A DNA stretch of 64,000 nucleotides from Haliotis rufescens. Lineage: Eukaryota. The translations under genes and the position numbers were made by a program. The notes under the pieces were generated by a model that had not been told where the DNA came from, did not search any database, and saw nothing but the letters and a program-made list of their open reading frames with translations. Numbering within the stretch: position 1 is the first letter of the stretch; every line of letters begins with the position of its first letter. The stretch covers positions 3,720,001-3,784,000 of the forward strand of contig NW_025963779.1 of assembly GCF_023055435.1 (NCBI RefSeq). Reading direction: 5' to 3'. This document shows positions 1 to 10,119 of the stretch, in pieces.

Positions 1-463
1 AGTCTCTCGCGTCCACGTTTTATATTCATATTAACATGTGAAATAAGTTTTAGCTGCTGCTGTTGTTTTAGTAAATGTACTCAATAATTTAAGATTTAGG
101 TCTAAAGTAATGGGGCATCCAGGCATGGACAGCTATAAACAATGAGGATTGTGTGCGATATATGGAAGGCTGGGAATAGTTTTTACACGTGTATCTCGTT
201 GCGCCAAACACCCGGTCAAGAATCATCACGTTCTTGTACATGTTGTATGCGAATAGTATTGCTATCGTTGTGATACTGCTTCTGTAAATTGCTAAGAACT
301 ATATTACGCTATTATTATTGTGTTCGCAGTCAAAGAGATATTCAAATAGATTTCCGTTAAATTGATAATTGCAATTTTCTGCCATAATGTTCACGAACTA
401 GAAGTGGAAAACTTGAATCCGTTCCACAAACTGATGGTATTTCATTTATCATATTAATGCATG

Positions 464-705
464 GGACTTATACTAATTGTAAGGAGTTATTCTGATTGTA
501 AGGAGTTATTCTGATTGTAAGGAGTTATTCTGATTGTAAGGAGTTATACTAATTGTAAGGAGTTATTCTGATTGTAAGGAGTTATTCTCATCGTAAGGAG
601 TTATTCTAATTGTAAGGAGTTACACTGATTGTACGGAATTATACTAATTGTAACAATTTATACTGATTGTTAGGAGTTATTATGATTGTAAGGAGTTATA
701 TTGAT
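464..705. repeat. 19-bp minisatellite (AAGGAGTTATTCTGATTGT)n, ~12 units, degenerate at edges
   Basis: AAGGAG recurs at 481, 500, 519, 538 (period 19). Confidence 0.95.
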
Positions 706-1589
706 TGAAACGTTAATGTTACATGGTTGAATTGTACATTTTTTACCTTCAGCACTTATTTGACTAGTGCCCTGATTAAATACACGAATGGCTCCAATGT
801 AGTTTTTATGATCATAAAGTTCGTGAAAATTGCCTTGTGTGGGTTTGTAAATGCAAATAAGTAATTCTTTCAAATGTATGTGGGGAATGTATTGTTCCCC
901 AGCTGGGCTGAAACAACACTCTCGGTCTGGCGACACGTGGTCAGATGTAGGCATAGGAAAATAAAGCGAAGTATATTTTAACTACGACCAGCTGTACCGT
1001 ATTCAGGTCTTGTTGTATATAGGAACTGGACATCAGGCCCTGATACTGAACAATAGCCCTGACCTCGTCCACTGACCACTGGCTATTGTTTTCAGAATTT
1101 ACACCCCAGGGATTTCACTCAAGCTGTTTTCATTTGCAACCAGGGCGACCCCTAAACGGTTTTTCTTCATCCGAGGTTAATTGAATTTCTTTAGTTTGTC
1201 GTGAATTGAGGATAAAACCACAAAACATGTTTTGTCAAAAGTTAGTGAGCATATTTGATGTAGTTTGTCATATAAATAGGATATCGTTGGCTTTTATGAT
1301 CCATTTTATTGAAGCTATTTCCGCTTTTGTCATTGGCTTGTACGCGAATATTTGCGTATAATTTGGGTACATGAGCTCAGTGTAGTTTCATACGTATTTA
1401 CCATGGGAAATTAATTTTCAAAGCTGTTTTTGCATTCGCCTTCTTTGAAGATGAAGTCGTGCGACTTTTGCGGGAACATAAGGTATGTCTTCTTTATATT
1501 TTATGCAAATACTGACGTGAAGGTTTTATTTCAAGTGACTTGGACAATAACGTGGAGCGTGGGAAATTTAGAGCTGCTGTTTGTTTATA

Positions 1590-1870
1590 TATACGGAATA
1601 TACAAATCAAGACACACAGCCAGATGTGTTTCGGCATGGCCAGACGGTAATATTGTCGACGCCACTATAAAAGTTGAGTACATTTGACATTACACGTGCA
1701 CAAGGTCGTACCGTGAGGGCAGGACAGACTTACTCTTTTCGAAAACACCTGGTGTCATCACTCATATTCGGGTCATCCATTCACATAATGGTCACCACTA
1801 TTTTACCTTTTACGCCCAATAGAATCTGTTTGGGCGGATGTTCAAGACCGGTTATACCCTGGAGTTGACG
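1590..1870 (+). mobile_element. Decayed Penelope-like element 3' end, subfamily D2 (thumb remnant + 3' UTR)
   Basis: Translation YGIYKSRHTARCVSAWPD loosely resembles the thumb motif GVYISQLLRYNRACS at 63.6 kb. 1700-1870 (GCAGGA..CACCTGGTG.CATCACT..TTACGCCC..GGTTAT.C.CTGG) is similar to 8441-8615. Confidence 0.5.
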
Positions 1871-1880
1871 TTCAGGTGCA

Positions 1881-2085
1881 CTATGCTTGTCGTAAAAGCC
1901 GACTAACGGGATCGGGTGGTCAGGCTCGCTGACTTGGTTGATGCATGCCATCGATCCCAATTGCGTGGATCGATGCTCATGACATAAACCACTGGATTGT
2001 CTGGTCCAGACTCGATTATTTACAGACCGCCGTCATATAGCTGGAATATTGCTGGGTGCGGCGTTAAACAACAAACCAGCCAACC
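1881..2085 (+). mobile_element. SINE family C copy, 5'-truncated
   Basis: ATGCTTGTCGTAAAAGCCGACTAACGGGATCGGGTGGTCAGGCTCGCTGAC...GCGGCGTTAAACAACAAAC matches the other C copies. Confidence 0.92.
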
Positions 2086-2190
2086 ATGTGTTTACTATGC
2101 TCGTGATCAGCTTTGTTGTCGACTTTATAAGCTACCACGAAACCTCCCTGACTCTATGTCATCGGGATCGAGGGAAATATATCGAGCTAT

Positions 2191-3275
2191 CGACATTTCG
2201 AGACAACCGGAGTGTCACCATTAAGCTTAGTACAGATATGTTGTCAGTAATTTTACTTTCCGAATTATTGATGTTCTCTATTATCATTGGAAGTTGTGTA
2301 TTTTCATTCTTTTGGAAAATTGCACGATGTGAGGGGATATATATTACTTAACATGCTTACCAGATTACCCTTTTCCGCATTTGTGACCACCATACATAAC
2401 TACAACAGCTCACACAGCATGTTTGCTCGACGTGAGAGAAATGACGATCTTATGCACATTTCGACATTTCGAGACAACCGGAGTGTCACTATTAAGCATA
2501 GTACAGATAGGATGTTGTCAGTAAGTAAAGTTGCATCACCTTAAAACTAATATATACACAATACTGCATGTTTAAATCGAGTTGATGTACAGACATTGTT
2601 CAACATTCTTTGCACCAACTCCTTGCAGATCCGTGCACGTATCTCATTAAGGCGAAACACGAAATCGCGTTAGGTAGAATTCACGTCGTGATATCATTAA
2701 TGCACAATAAAAGTAGAACGAATTTAACTAACAGTGGATTAACAAGGAACAGACACAAACACATGCGAGATAACACCCCGTGATTCAACACGCAACTCCC
2801 CCCGCCCCCAGCATCTACACCACGGAATGAACCACGTGCACTGCATACGTGCATAAATCACGGTACACTGTCGCCAGAACGAAACGTGTACGACTTACTG
2901 TCTCACTTCAGATATTTACAATTTCGTGGTTCATTTTCAACGATCTCATTACATATAATTATAACATATCGCGTAATCGTCACGAACAGCAATATTGACC
3001 CATAATGCAGAGTCATTAAATGGTTTTTAGTTTAGATTTATGGGTTAAATAGTTGTAAATGTGATATATTAATTTACATTCTGAATTATTCATGTGATGA
3101 TACAATGGAAGTTGTTTATTTTCATCCTTTTGGAACATTGCACGACGTGAGAGATATATGTAGCTTAACATGCTTACCAGGTTTCCCTTTTCAATATTTA
3201 TGACCACGATACATAACTAGAACAGCTCAAACAGCATGTTTGCTGGAAGTGACAGAAGTGACGATCTCATGCATT
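2191..3275. repeat. Old local duplications (~270-bp unit)
   Basis: 2191-2250 matches 2462-2524 (CGACATTTCGAGACAACCGGAGTGTCAC). 2285-2460 matches 3103-3275 (GGAAGTTGT..CTTAACATGCTTACCAG..CAGCATGTTTGCT). Confidence 0.85.
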
Positions 3276-3582
3276 GCACTACAAGTCAGCCGCGTCGCTA
3301 TATGGCTGAAATAGTCCCGATGCCACGTTAAATTTTATTTTTAAATTTTTAATATTATATTTTAACTCTCTACCAGTCAGCATGGTGTGTTTTACGGAGC
3401 AGTCTGCGTTTCTTAGTTGTGGGTCTGAATCCCGGAATATACCCGAGTATTACCCCTGGTTCCTCTGCGCCAAACAAACCCTATGGATATATCCAGCGTG
3501 GCAAACGACCATACAATAGGCTGAAATTGACACAACCTTGCGTAACTGTAATACGGCACTCCAAATGACCCAATCATCAATA

Positions 3583-3866
3583 GGGGGCACGGGTGGCCCA
3601 GTCGTCTAAGGCGCCGCGGTTAGCTGTGCAGAGTTGCGTCCCTTGGGCACGCCAGTGACCTATGATTGTGGGTTCGAATCCCGGTTCGCCCCTATTATGT
3701 TTCTTGGTTTGTCAGCACCATACCCGTGCTCGTGGGTTTCACCGAAGTGGTAAACGTCTGAGACCTGCATCACTTCGGGCTTGCCTTCCACATTAAGCTT
3801 ACACGCCGTGATATAACTGGAATAATGTTAAAAGCGGCGTAAAACCCAACTCACTCACTCAGTCAG
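3583..3866 (+). mobile_element. SINE family B (tRNA-Leu-like head), full length
   Basis: A-box-like GGTGGCCCAGTCGTCTAAGGCG, B box GGTTCGAATCC, tail GCGGCGTAAAAC(ACTC)n. Perfect 9-bp TSD TCATCAATA at 3574-3582 and 3867-3875. Confidence 0.95.
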
Positions 3867-4134
3867 TCATCAATACATTTTATTATCCACAGTATCCTGC
3901 TGAAGACACTATATTCTCTCCTCGCACCTGATTACTGTCCAGCAGAACGTATACGGAATAGGGGATATCATGACTGCTATATATTATAGTGCATACTGAC
4001 CTGATGATGCTACTGTAGTTGAGTTCTACTACGACTATTATTACCTACTTTCTACAAGCAGGTTTCAACCTGTATATATTATTGAAGTTCACATCATAAT
4101 GGGTCAATAGCTGGTAATGATTATGATAAATTAA

Positions 4135-4594
4135 TAGGGCTGTTACAATTCACTCACGTATTCGGTGAATCGAACCGTATCCATTCATGAATTGAATTCG
4201 TTATTCGTGGCCACTAGAATCGAATATTTATGAATATGCAATCATGTGCATTTACGTACCCTGTACCTAAAAATATCCACAAGTACATATTATATGCATA
4301 GATGTCTTCAAAAGACAACACTCTCATACTATTTAATTTGACAGTATTGTTGTCACTGATCATTGTCGCATTTGTGCAGGTACTAGTACCTGGATAAGTG
4401 CAGTATATAAATGTATAATATATTAATAACTAACAAATCATGTCAAATAATTTATGTTATTATTTCACTGAATATAACAAATGATACATCAACTGCTGAC
4501 TTGTTATTGTATTCGTGAATCGCTATTCATATTCGTTACCCTATATTCGTGATACGAATCGTATTCGTCTCATAGTGTATTCGTTGCAGCCCTA
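4135..4594. mobile_element. Non-autonomous hAT-type DNA transposon (MITE)
   Basis: TIRs TAGGGCTG.../...CAGCCCTA, 8-bp TSD TAAATTAA / TAAATCAA (7/8), subterminal TATTCG/CGAAT repeats at both ends. Confidence 0.85.
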
Positions 4595-5174
4595 TAAATC
4601 AAAACCAGTAAATTGAAAATATAAACAGACACGACATATTTTATCATAAGTGACTTTTGTCATTACCACAAGGCCATGTGACCATGTGACTAGTGTCCTG
4701 GTCTAATGCCGGCTGCAATGTTCAGGCAGAGACCATATATAGTCACTGTAATGGCCAGTCTTTGTGGTTCAACTTTCACGTAATCATTATATAAAGGGAC
4801 CCACAGTAAATTCCTTATTATAATGAGGAAGCAGTGAAACAAACCTGGGTACGCGTATTGCACTTTTTAAAGAAGTTAAAGAAATCCTGATTTTTTTCAT
4901 ATGGTTATAGTTACCCTCCATAGCCAGTTCTTTTTAGTAGCATATATTACAACCACATAAATCATAGTAAATCAGATCTTAACGTCCCACGTCCACAGCT
5001 GAAGTGCCGTCTTTGTGAGGTCCTAATAGAATTGTGCCAAACAATATTGTTTTGTAACTTGAGACATGCGGATAAGAAGCCTTATAAAACACGACACCTG
5101 CCATACACTGAACACATAGGTGCCAGACATGGATGGTGAGATTACTAGAACGCCTTGTTTATATGTAATTGTGA

Positions 5175-5344
5175 GTGAGTGAGTGAGTGAGTTTGGTTTT
5201 ACGCCGCTTTTAGCAATATTCCAGCAATATCACGGCGGGGGACACCAGAAATGGGCTTCACACATTGTACCCATGTCGGGATTCGAACCCGGGTCTTCGG
5301 CGTGACGAGCGAACGCTTTAACCACTAGGCTACCCGACCGCCCC
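5175..5344 (-). mobile_element. SINE family A (tRNA-Asp-like head), full length
   Basis: Reverse complement GGGGCGGTCGGGTAGCCTAGTGGTTAAAGCGTTCGCTCGTCACGCCGAAGACCCGGGTTCGAATCCC has A/B boxes and GTC at the anticodon position; (ACTC)n tail. TSD AATTGTGA at 5167-5174 and 5345-5352. Confidence 0.95.
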
Positions 5345-5538
5345 AATTGTGAATCTAAAGCCGACTAGAGTTAATGCAGCACATATTGCATAATTGTGTA
5401 AATGGTTGTTGGGCGGATATGGTATGCTGAGTAATATTTGTTATTTTAAAGTATTTTATTATTTGATGATTGATCACATATATATCATAGACACATTACA
5501 ATACAAGGATACAGCGTAAAATACGTTATTTTATCATA

Positions 5539-5756
5539 TTTGTTAGTTGTTTAACGCCGCACTCAGCAATATTCCAGCTATATGACGGCGGTCTGCAAAA
5601 CAATGAGTCTGAAACAGACAATGCAGTGATTGATAGCATGAGCATCGATCCACTTAATTGGGATACGATGACATGCATCAAGCAAGTCAGCGAGCCGATT
5701 ACGTTAGTCGCCCCTTACGTCCCTTAAAGACCTATTCTGGCCCGGATCTTATCGGG
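5539..5756 (-). mobile_element. SINE family C copy with internal deletions
   Basis: TTTAACGCCGCACTCAGCAATATTCCAGCTATATGACGGCGGTCTG...CCCGGATCTT is the reverse complement of the C consensus. Confidence 0.9.
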
Positions 5757-5791
5757 TCGTTATATCATTGACATGTTTCTAGTTTATAATT

Positions 5792-5870
5792 AATAAAATC
5801 GTCTAAACCCTTTTCATATTCATAAGAAATCCTCGTCAAAAGCAGAGTCGATTGTACGATTCCGACTATA
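5792..5870 (-). mobile_element. PLE family D extreme 3' fragment
   Basis: AATAAAA..AAACCCTTTTCATATTCATAAGAAAT..AAAAGCAGAGTCGATTGTACGATTCCGACT matches the reverse complement of D 3' ends at 22650-22713 and 24800-24858. Confidence 0.6.
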
Positions 5871-7669
5871 TGTGAGATGTCAAAAAAGGCAAAGACCAAG
5901 TGATTCACCTTGCAGTAGTCACGTCACGCTTTTTCTACATTTTGACCTCCACGCCCCCGCAGGTGCTTTCTGTATTTGCTTGAAGTCTTTTTGAGACTTT
6001 GCACCTATTCAAAAGTACTTATCCCGATTATCCCGTACAGGAGTAAAGCACAGTACCCTCGCTTCTCACTCGAGCTGTTCAAGCTTTCACAGCGAAGATA
6101 CAGTATCGGCCAACAGGTGGAATGTCAATTTCTGTTTACACACTATGGGGATCGGATTGGTGGAGGCCACAACAGCTTTGTTTTTACGTCTCCGCCTTGA
6201 ATATACTATCCCAGGAGTGCACGAGAATTCCCGCTAATCCAGTATTTTTTGTCGTGTGTAAAATGTGCAAGCACGCATTCTGAAGAGCTTAAGAATTACA
6301 AGGGTGTGAAGGAATGAAATACCATACGTAGCAGGTACACGGTAGAATATGTGCAACGTGGCTCAGAATGCATGATATGTGGTTATCATATACCTGGCAT
6401 TAAAAAGGCATCGCTACAGTGCATGTTATACAAGTAGGTGCTTGTTGCAATGTCAGTGGTGCAATAGGTGTAGGGTAAGTTCTTTACTATAGGAAAGGTT
6501 GTATAATATACGGTAGCGTTTCAGTATCTAAATACCTGCTGTTTTGAGGTCGTGTTTTGCCATATTTATTACAGAGTTTATAGATTTCAGTTTAACAAAG
6601 ACTTTAAGTGGTACAGTGTTTGTATCCAGACTACTTTTTACAGAATTGTTATATCTTACAGTATACATTTACGTATTGGTCATGTATAGTATAGCCAAAG
6701 GGAACGAATTATAGTGTTTAAAGTGCAGGTAGTTCTGTAGATACAAGCAACCTAACCCGTTCCATAACCACTGTACAATTCCGACTATATCGTGGGCCTG
6801 TGGGTAATTACTATGACATACTAATGATGCCTGGTGTTCGATAAAAGGTGAACTAAGTATTCTGGCACATGTCACAAACACATACAAAGGCAAGTCAATC
6901 GTTCTTCTAAAACACACGGGAATTTAACATATGGTACGAAGTCGTCGTATGACTCTCTTTGAAGTTTTCGTAGAAAGAAATTGTACCTCATATATTAGAT
7001 ATAAACACCAAAAGCACGGGATGTGCAGGAATATTGCTGGACATCAAGGGAAAGTGGACTATTGGAAAGTTGAAGTCATCCCTCTTGTCATACAGCCTTG
7101 TGGAGAGTTTTTCGTCGCTCTGAATCTTTATGCATAGATCTCATAAGGCTGAACATGTCGCAATGTTATATTAAATGAGGTCAACAATTTGGATATTCGT
7201 TCATTCGCTGCTTGAGTTCCGTTTGAGAACTGTCAATGCTAGCCAGTCATTGTCTGTGGCGTAGACAGATGTAGCCTATATTGGTCCAGTCAGGCAAGCA
7301 TGCAATACTTATGCGGTACACTATCAGTTTTATGGCAAGCTTACTTTAAGTGGTTGTTAAATTACACACATCTTGCGCATCTGGATTCAAATAGCTCACA
7401 AACCACTCCAATATATATTCACCGAGTTCAAGAAAAGTTCACACACCTTTCCTACTCGACATGAAACTAATCCCTTCTGCCTTTATTGCACATTAGGCTT
7501 TTCTGAAATAGAAATTACATGGTCGCCTTGTGAGAATCCAATAGCTCCCGAAGGTCCTCGGGGCGTACTCTGCTTCTCTGATGTAGAGATTATATTATGC
7601 AACGTCATGGAGAAATATTTGCTATGGTCAGGATAAGGTTTAACAATGTAACTAAATGCTATACATCTT

Positions 7670-7790
7670 ACATGTGGGATGAGTCATACTTTATGAGAAA
7701 TCTTGGCGTAATGTCCGTCTGTCCATCCGTCCGTCTACTCGTCCGTATGCAGTCCGTGTCCACTATCATGGATGCTACACCATGCCGGCT
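7670..7790. mobile_element. Possible Helentron/DINE-like non-autonomous element fragment
   Basis: Degenerate (GTCC/GTCT)n tract at 7713-7756 of the kind such elements carry; termini not identified. Confidence 0.25.
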
Positions 7791-8260
7791 AGACTAACAT
7801 CTTGTCTCTGAAATGAACATAGTTTACAGAAAAAACAGTTGTTAAATTATAGTTAAAAAATAATAAAAAGGAGCTCAGAGATTTTCTTCATTTTCAGACT
7901 GCAGTAATCTAGACTTGCCAAACATTATAGACTTGCATGGGCTGTATTGGATATATTTGTTTCAGGATCTGTATGACAGACAACATGCCCCCATGTTGCC
8001 CTTGTATCTGTACCCACTGGCTGATGAAGCTGAGACATGATTTGTGTCGTCCAGCAAGAACATCCTTAATTCTCTCATAGAATTCCGAACCAATTTTAAC
8101 CATGCAGCTTAGTGTATCGATGCGTGAAGCAATTGCAACGGTGTGTGTCACTGCATAATTTTATTATATCGTATACATACACAACCACGAACACGTATGT
8201 CAAAGTTCTGGCATCTGTCAGCACTGAGTGCGCCGTTAGGCAACACAGATTTACATTTAA

Positions 8261-8425
8261 TGAGTGAGTGAGTATGGTTTTACACCGCTTTTAGCAATGT
8301 TCCAGCAATATCACGGCGGGGGACACCAAAAATGGGCTTCACACATTGTACCCATGTCGGGAATCGAACCCGGGTCTTCGGCGTGACGAGCGAACGCTTT
8401 AACCACTAGGCTACCCGACCGCCCC
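8261..8425 (-). mobile_element. SINE family A, full length
   Basis: Near-identical to 5175-5344; flanks CATTTAATG / CATTTTATG are a possible TSD. Confidence 0.95.
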
Positions 8426-8440
8426 TCATTTTATGCTACT

Positions 8441-8655
8441 TGTGCAAGTGGCGGTTGTTACCGCTGGAGCAGGACCCTTTTAGCGGACACCTGGTGACAT
8501 CACTGATTTTCCCTGATCATTTGTTATTATACTTTCCATCACTATTTTGCCCCTTACGCCCGATGGAACCTGTTTTGGCAGATAACCGAGACTGGTTATT
8601 CTCTGGCCTTGACGTGTTGTATTTACTACCTTCTTTATCAATTGCTTTGTTTGTT
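8441..8655 (+). mobile_element. PLE subfamily D2 3' UTR fragment
   Basis: Similar to 1700-1870 and to the family D motif GCAGGA...CACCTGGT.CATCACT. Confidence 0.55.
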
Positions 8656-8943
8656 TCCAGGATAATCAGCTATTATTTGCTGTTGACACTACTCATTGTC
8701 CTGCTGCATGAGACAAGTCAACAACAGGTAGGTCACATTTCATGTCTTACTTTTGACGAAAGTCAGTGTTTCTACATATGACTTGGCTCACATACATCCG
8801 TTATTTTCGCACGCAGTGGAAAACATGCGGTTAAAGAAGAGACAACAACTGTTTACAGCACAGCTGGAGGTTCTTGCCCAATGAGTTATCGTCATGTTAT
8901 CACTTGGCGAAACATGTACTGCAGACACCACACTACATGCACA

Positions 8944-9191
8944 CCCGTCTTCAGCAACCCATGCTTGCTGTAAGAGGCGACTATGCTTATCGTGAGAGGC
9001 GATTAAAGTGATCGGGTGGTCAGACTCACTGACTTGGTTGATGCATGTCATCGTATCCCAATTGCGTGGATCGATGCTCATGATGTCAATCACTGGATTG
9101 TCTTGTCCAGACTCGATTATTTACAGGCCGCCGTGATATAGCTGGAATATTGCTGAGTGTCGCGTTAAACAACAAACAAACAAACAAACAA
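8944..9191 (+). mobile_element. SINE family C, variant with duplicated hairpin module and 5' internal deletion
   Basis: ATGCTTGCTGTAAGAGGCGACT followed by ATGCTTATCGTGAGAGGCGATT; (CAAA)n tail. Confidence 0.92.
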
Positions 9192-9871
9192 GCTGCACGC
9201 ATATCGACGATATTGAATGTAAAATTTCTCGAACAAAACATTAAATACTACTAATTACCACATTGTTCTGCCATATGTAATTGAATTAACAACAGTCAAT
9301 GGAAATATGTCCATGGAACACTCTTGCAGTGTTATTGACATAGACAATTGCACATGTTTACTATTTGTTGGATTGTGTTGAAAGTAATGTTCTAAGCACT
9401 GCGATCCTTCTGCACTGAACTCCGTTCACCCCCATCGCAGCTCCTGTCGTAACAACAAGCAGACAACCCCTCGACGCTCTCAAAGCCTACCACAAGTCAC
9501 AGTAACATTTGTGTGGTACGCCCGTGGCGTAATCTTTCCACGAACAAACAAGCACTAAAGTAAATGAAAGTGTCACACTTACACCAAACACTGGCATTCC
9601 TAACGGGGCAGACAATGAAGTACAGCAGTTCACGGTAGTTTCCTCATCTGTGCACACAAACACCGCCACAGGTGCCCCGACCAACAAGCTGGCTGAGATC
9701 TCCGGGGGAACCATCTGTAGGTATAACCCGTGAGGCCACGATGTGAAGCATGTGCCCTTCTCGGTGTGGGAGCTGGTCTGGGCCTTGTGCCGGGTGCTGA
9801 CTAGGGTCTGCCTCAGGGTGCGTTACCTCTTGCGTCTAGTGTAGACAGATCTGAACCAGTGTAAACAGATG

Positions 9872-10119
9872 GTTAGTGAGTGGGTTTCGTTTAATGCTGC
9901 TTTGCACAGTATTCCAGTTATATCGCGGCGTGCCAACTTAATGTTAGAGGAAAGACCGAAGTATTGCAGGTCTCAGACGTTTACCACTATGGTGAAACCC
10001 GAACATAATCGGGGCGAACTGGGATTCAAACCTACGATTATTGATTTCTGGCGTTTCCAAGGGACCAATATCTACACAGCGAATTGCGGCGCCTAAAACG
10101 CCTTTGCGACCCCTGACCC
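9872..10119 (-). mobile_element. SINE family B, diverged copy
   Basis: CAGGTCTCAGACGTTTACCAC..GGTGAAACCC..AACATAATCGGGGCGAAC.GGGATTC matches B copies. Confidence 0.88.

Noticed and set aside
9487-9714. GC-richer ORF-like segment open on both strands
   Set aside because: No consistent exon boundaries or homology in any frame.
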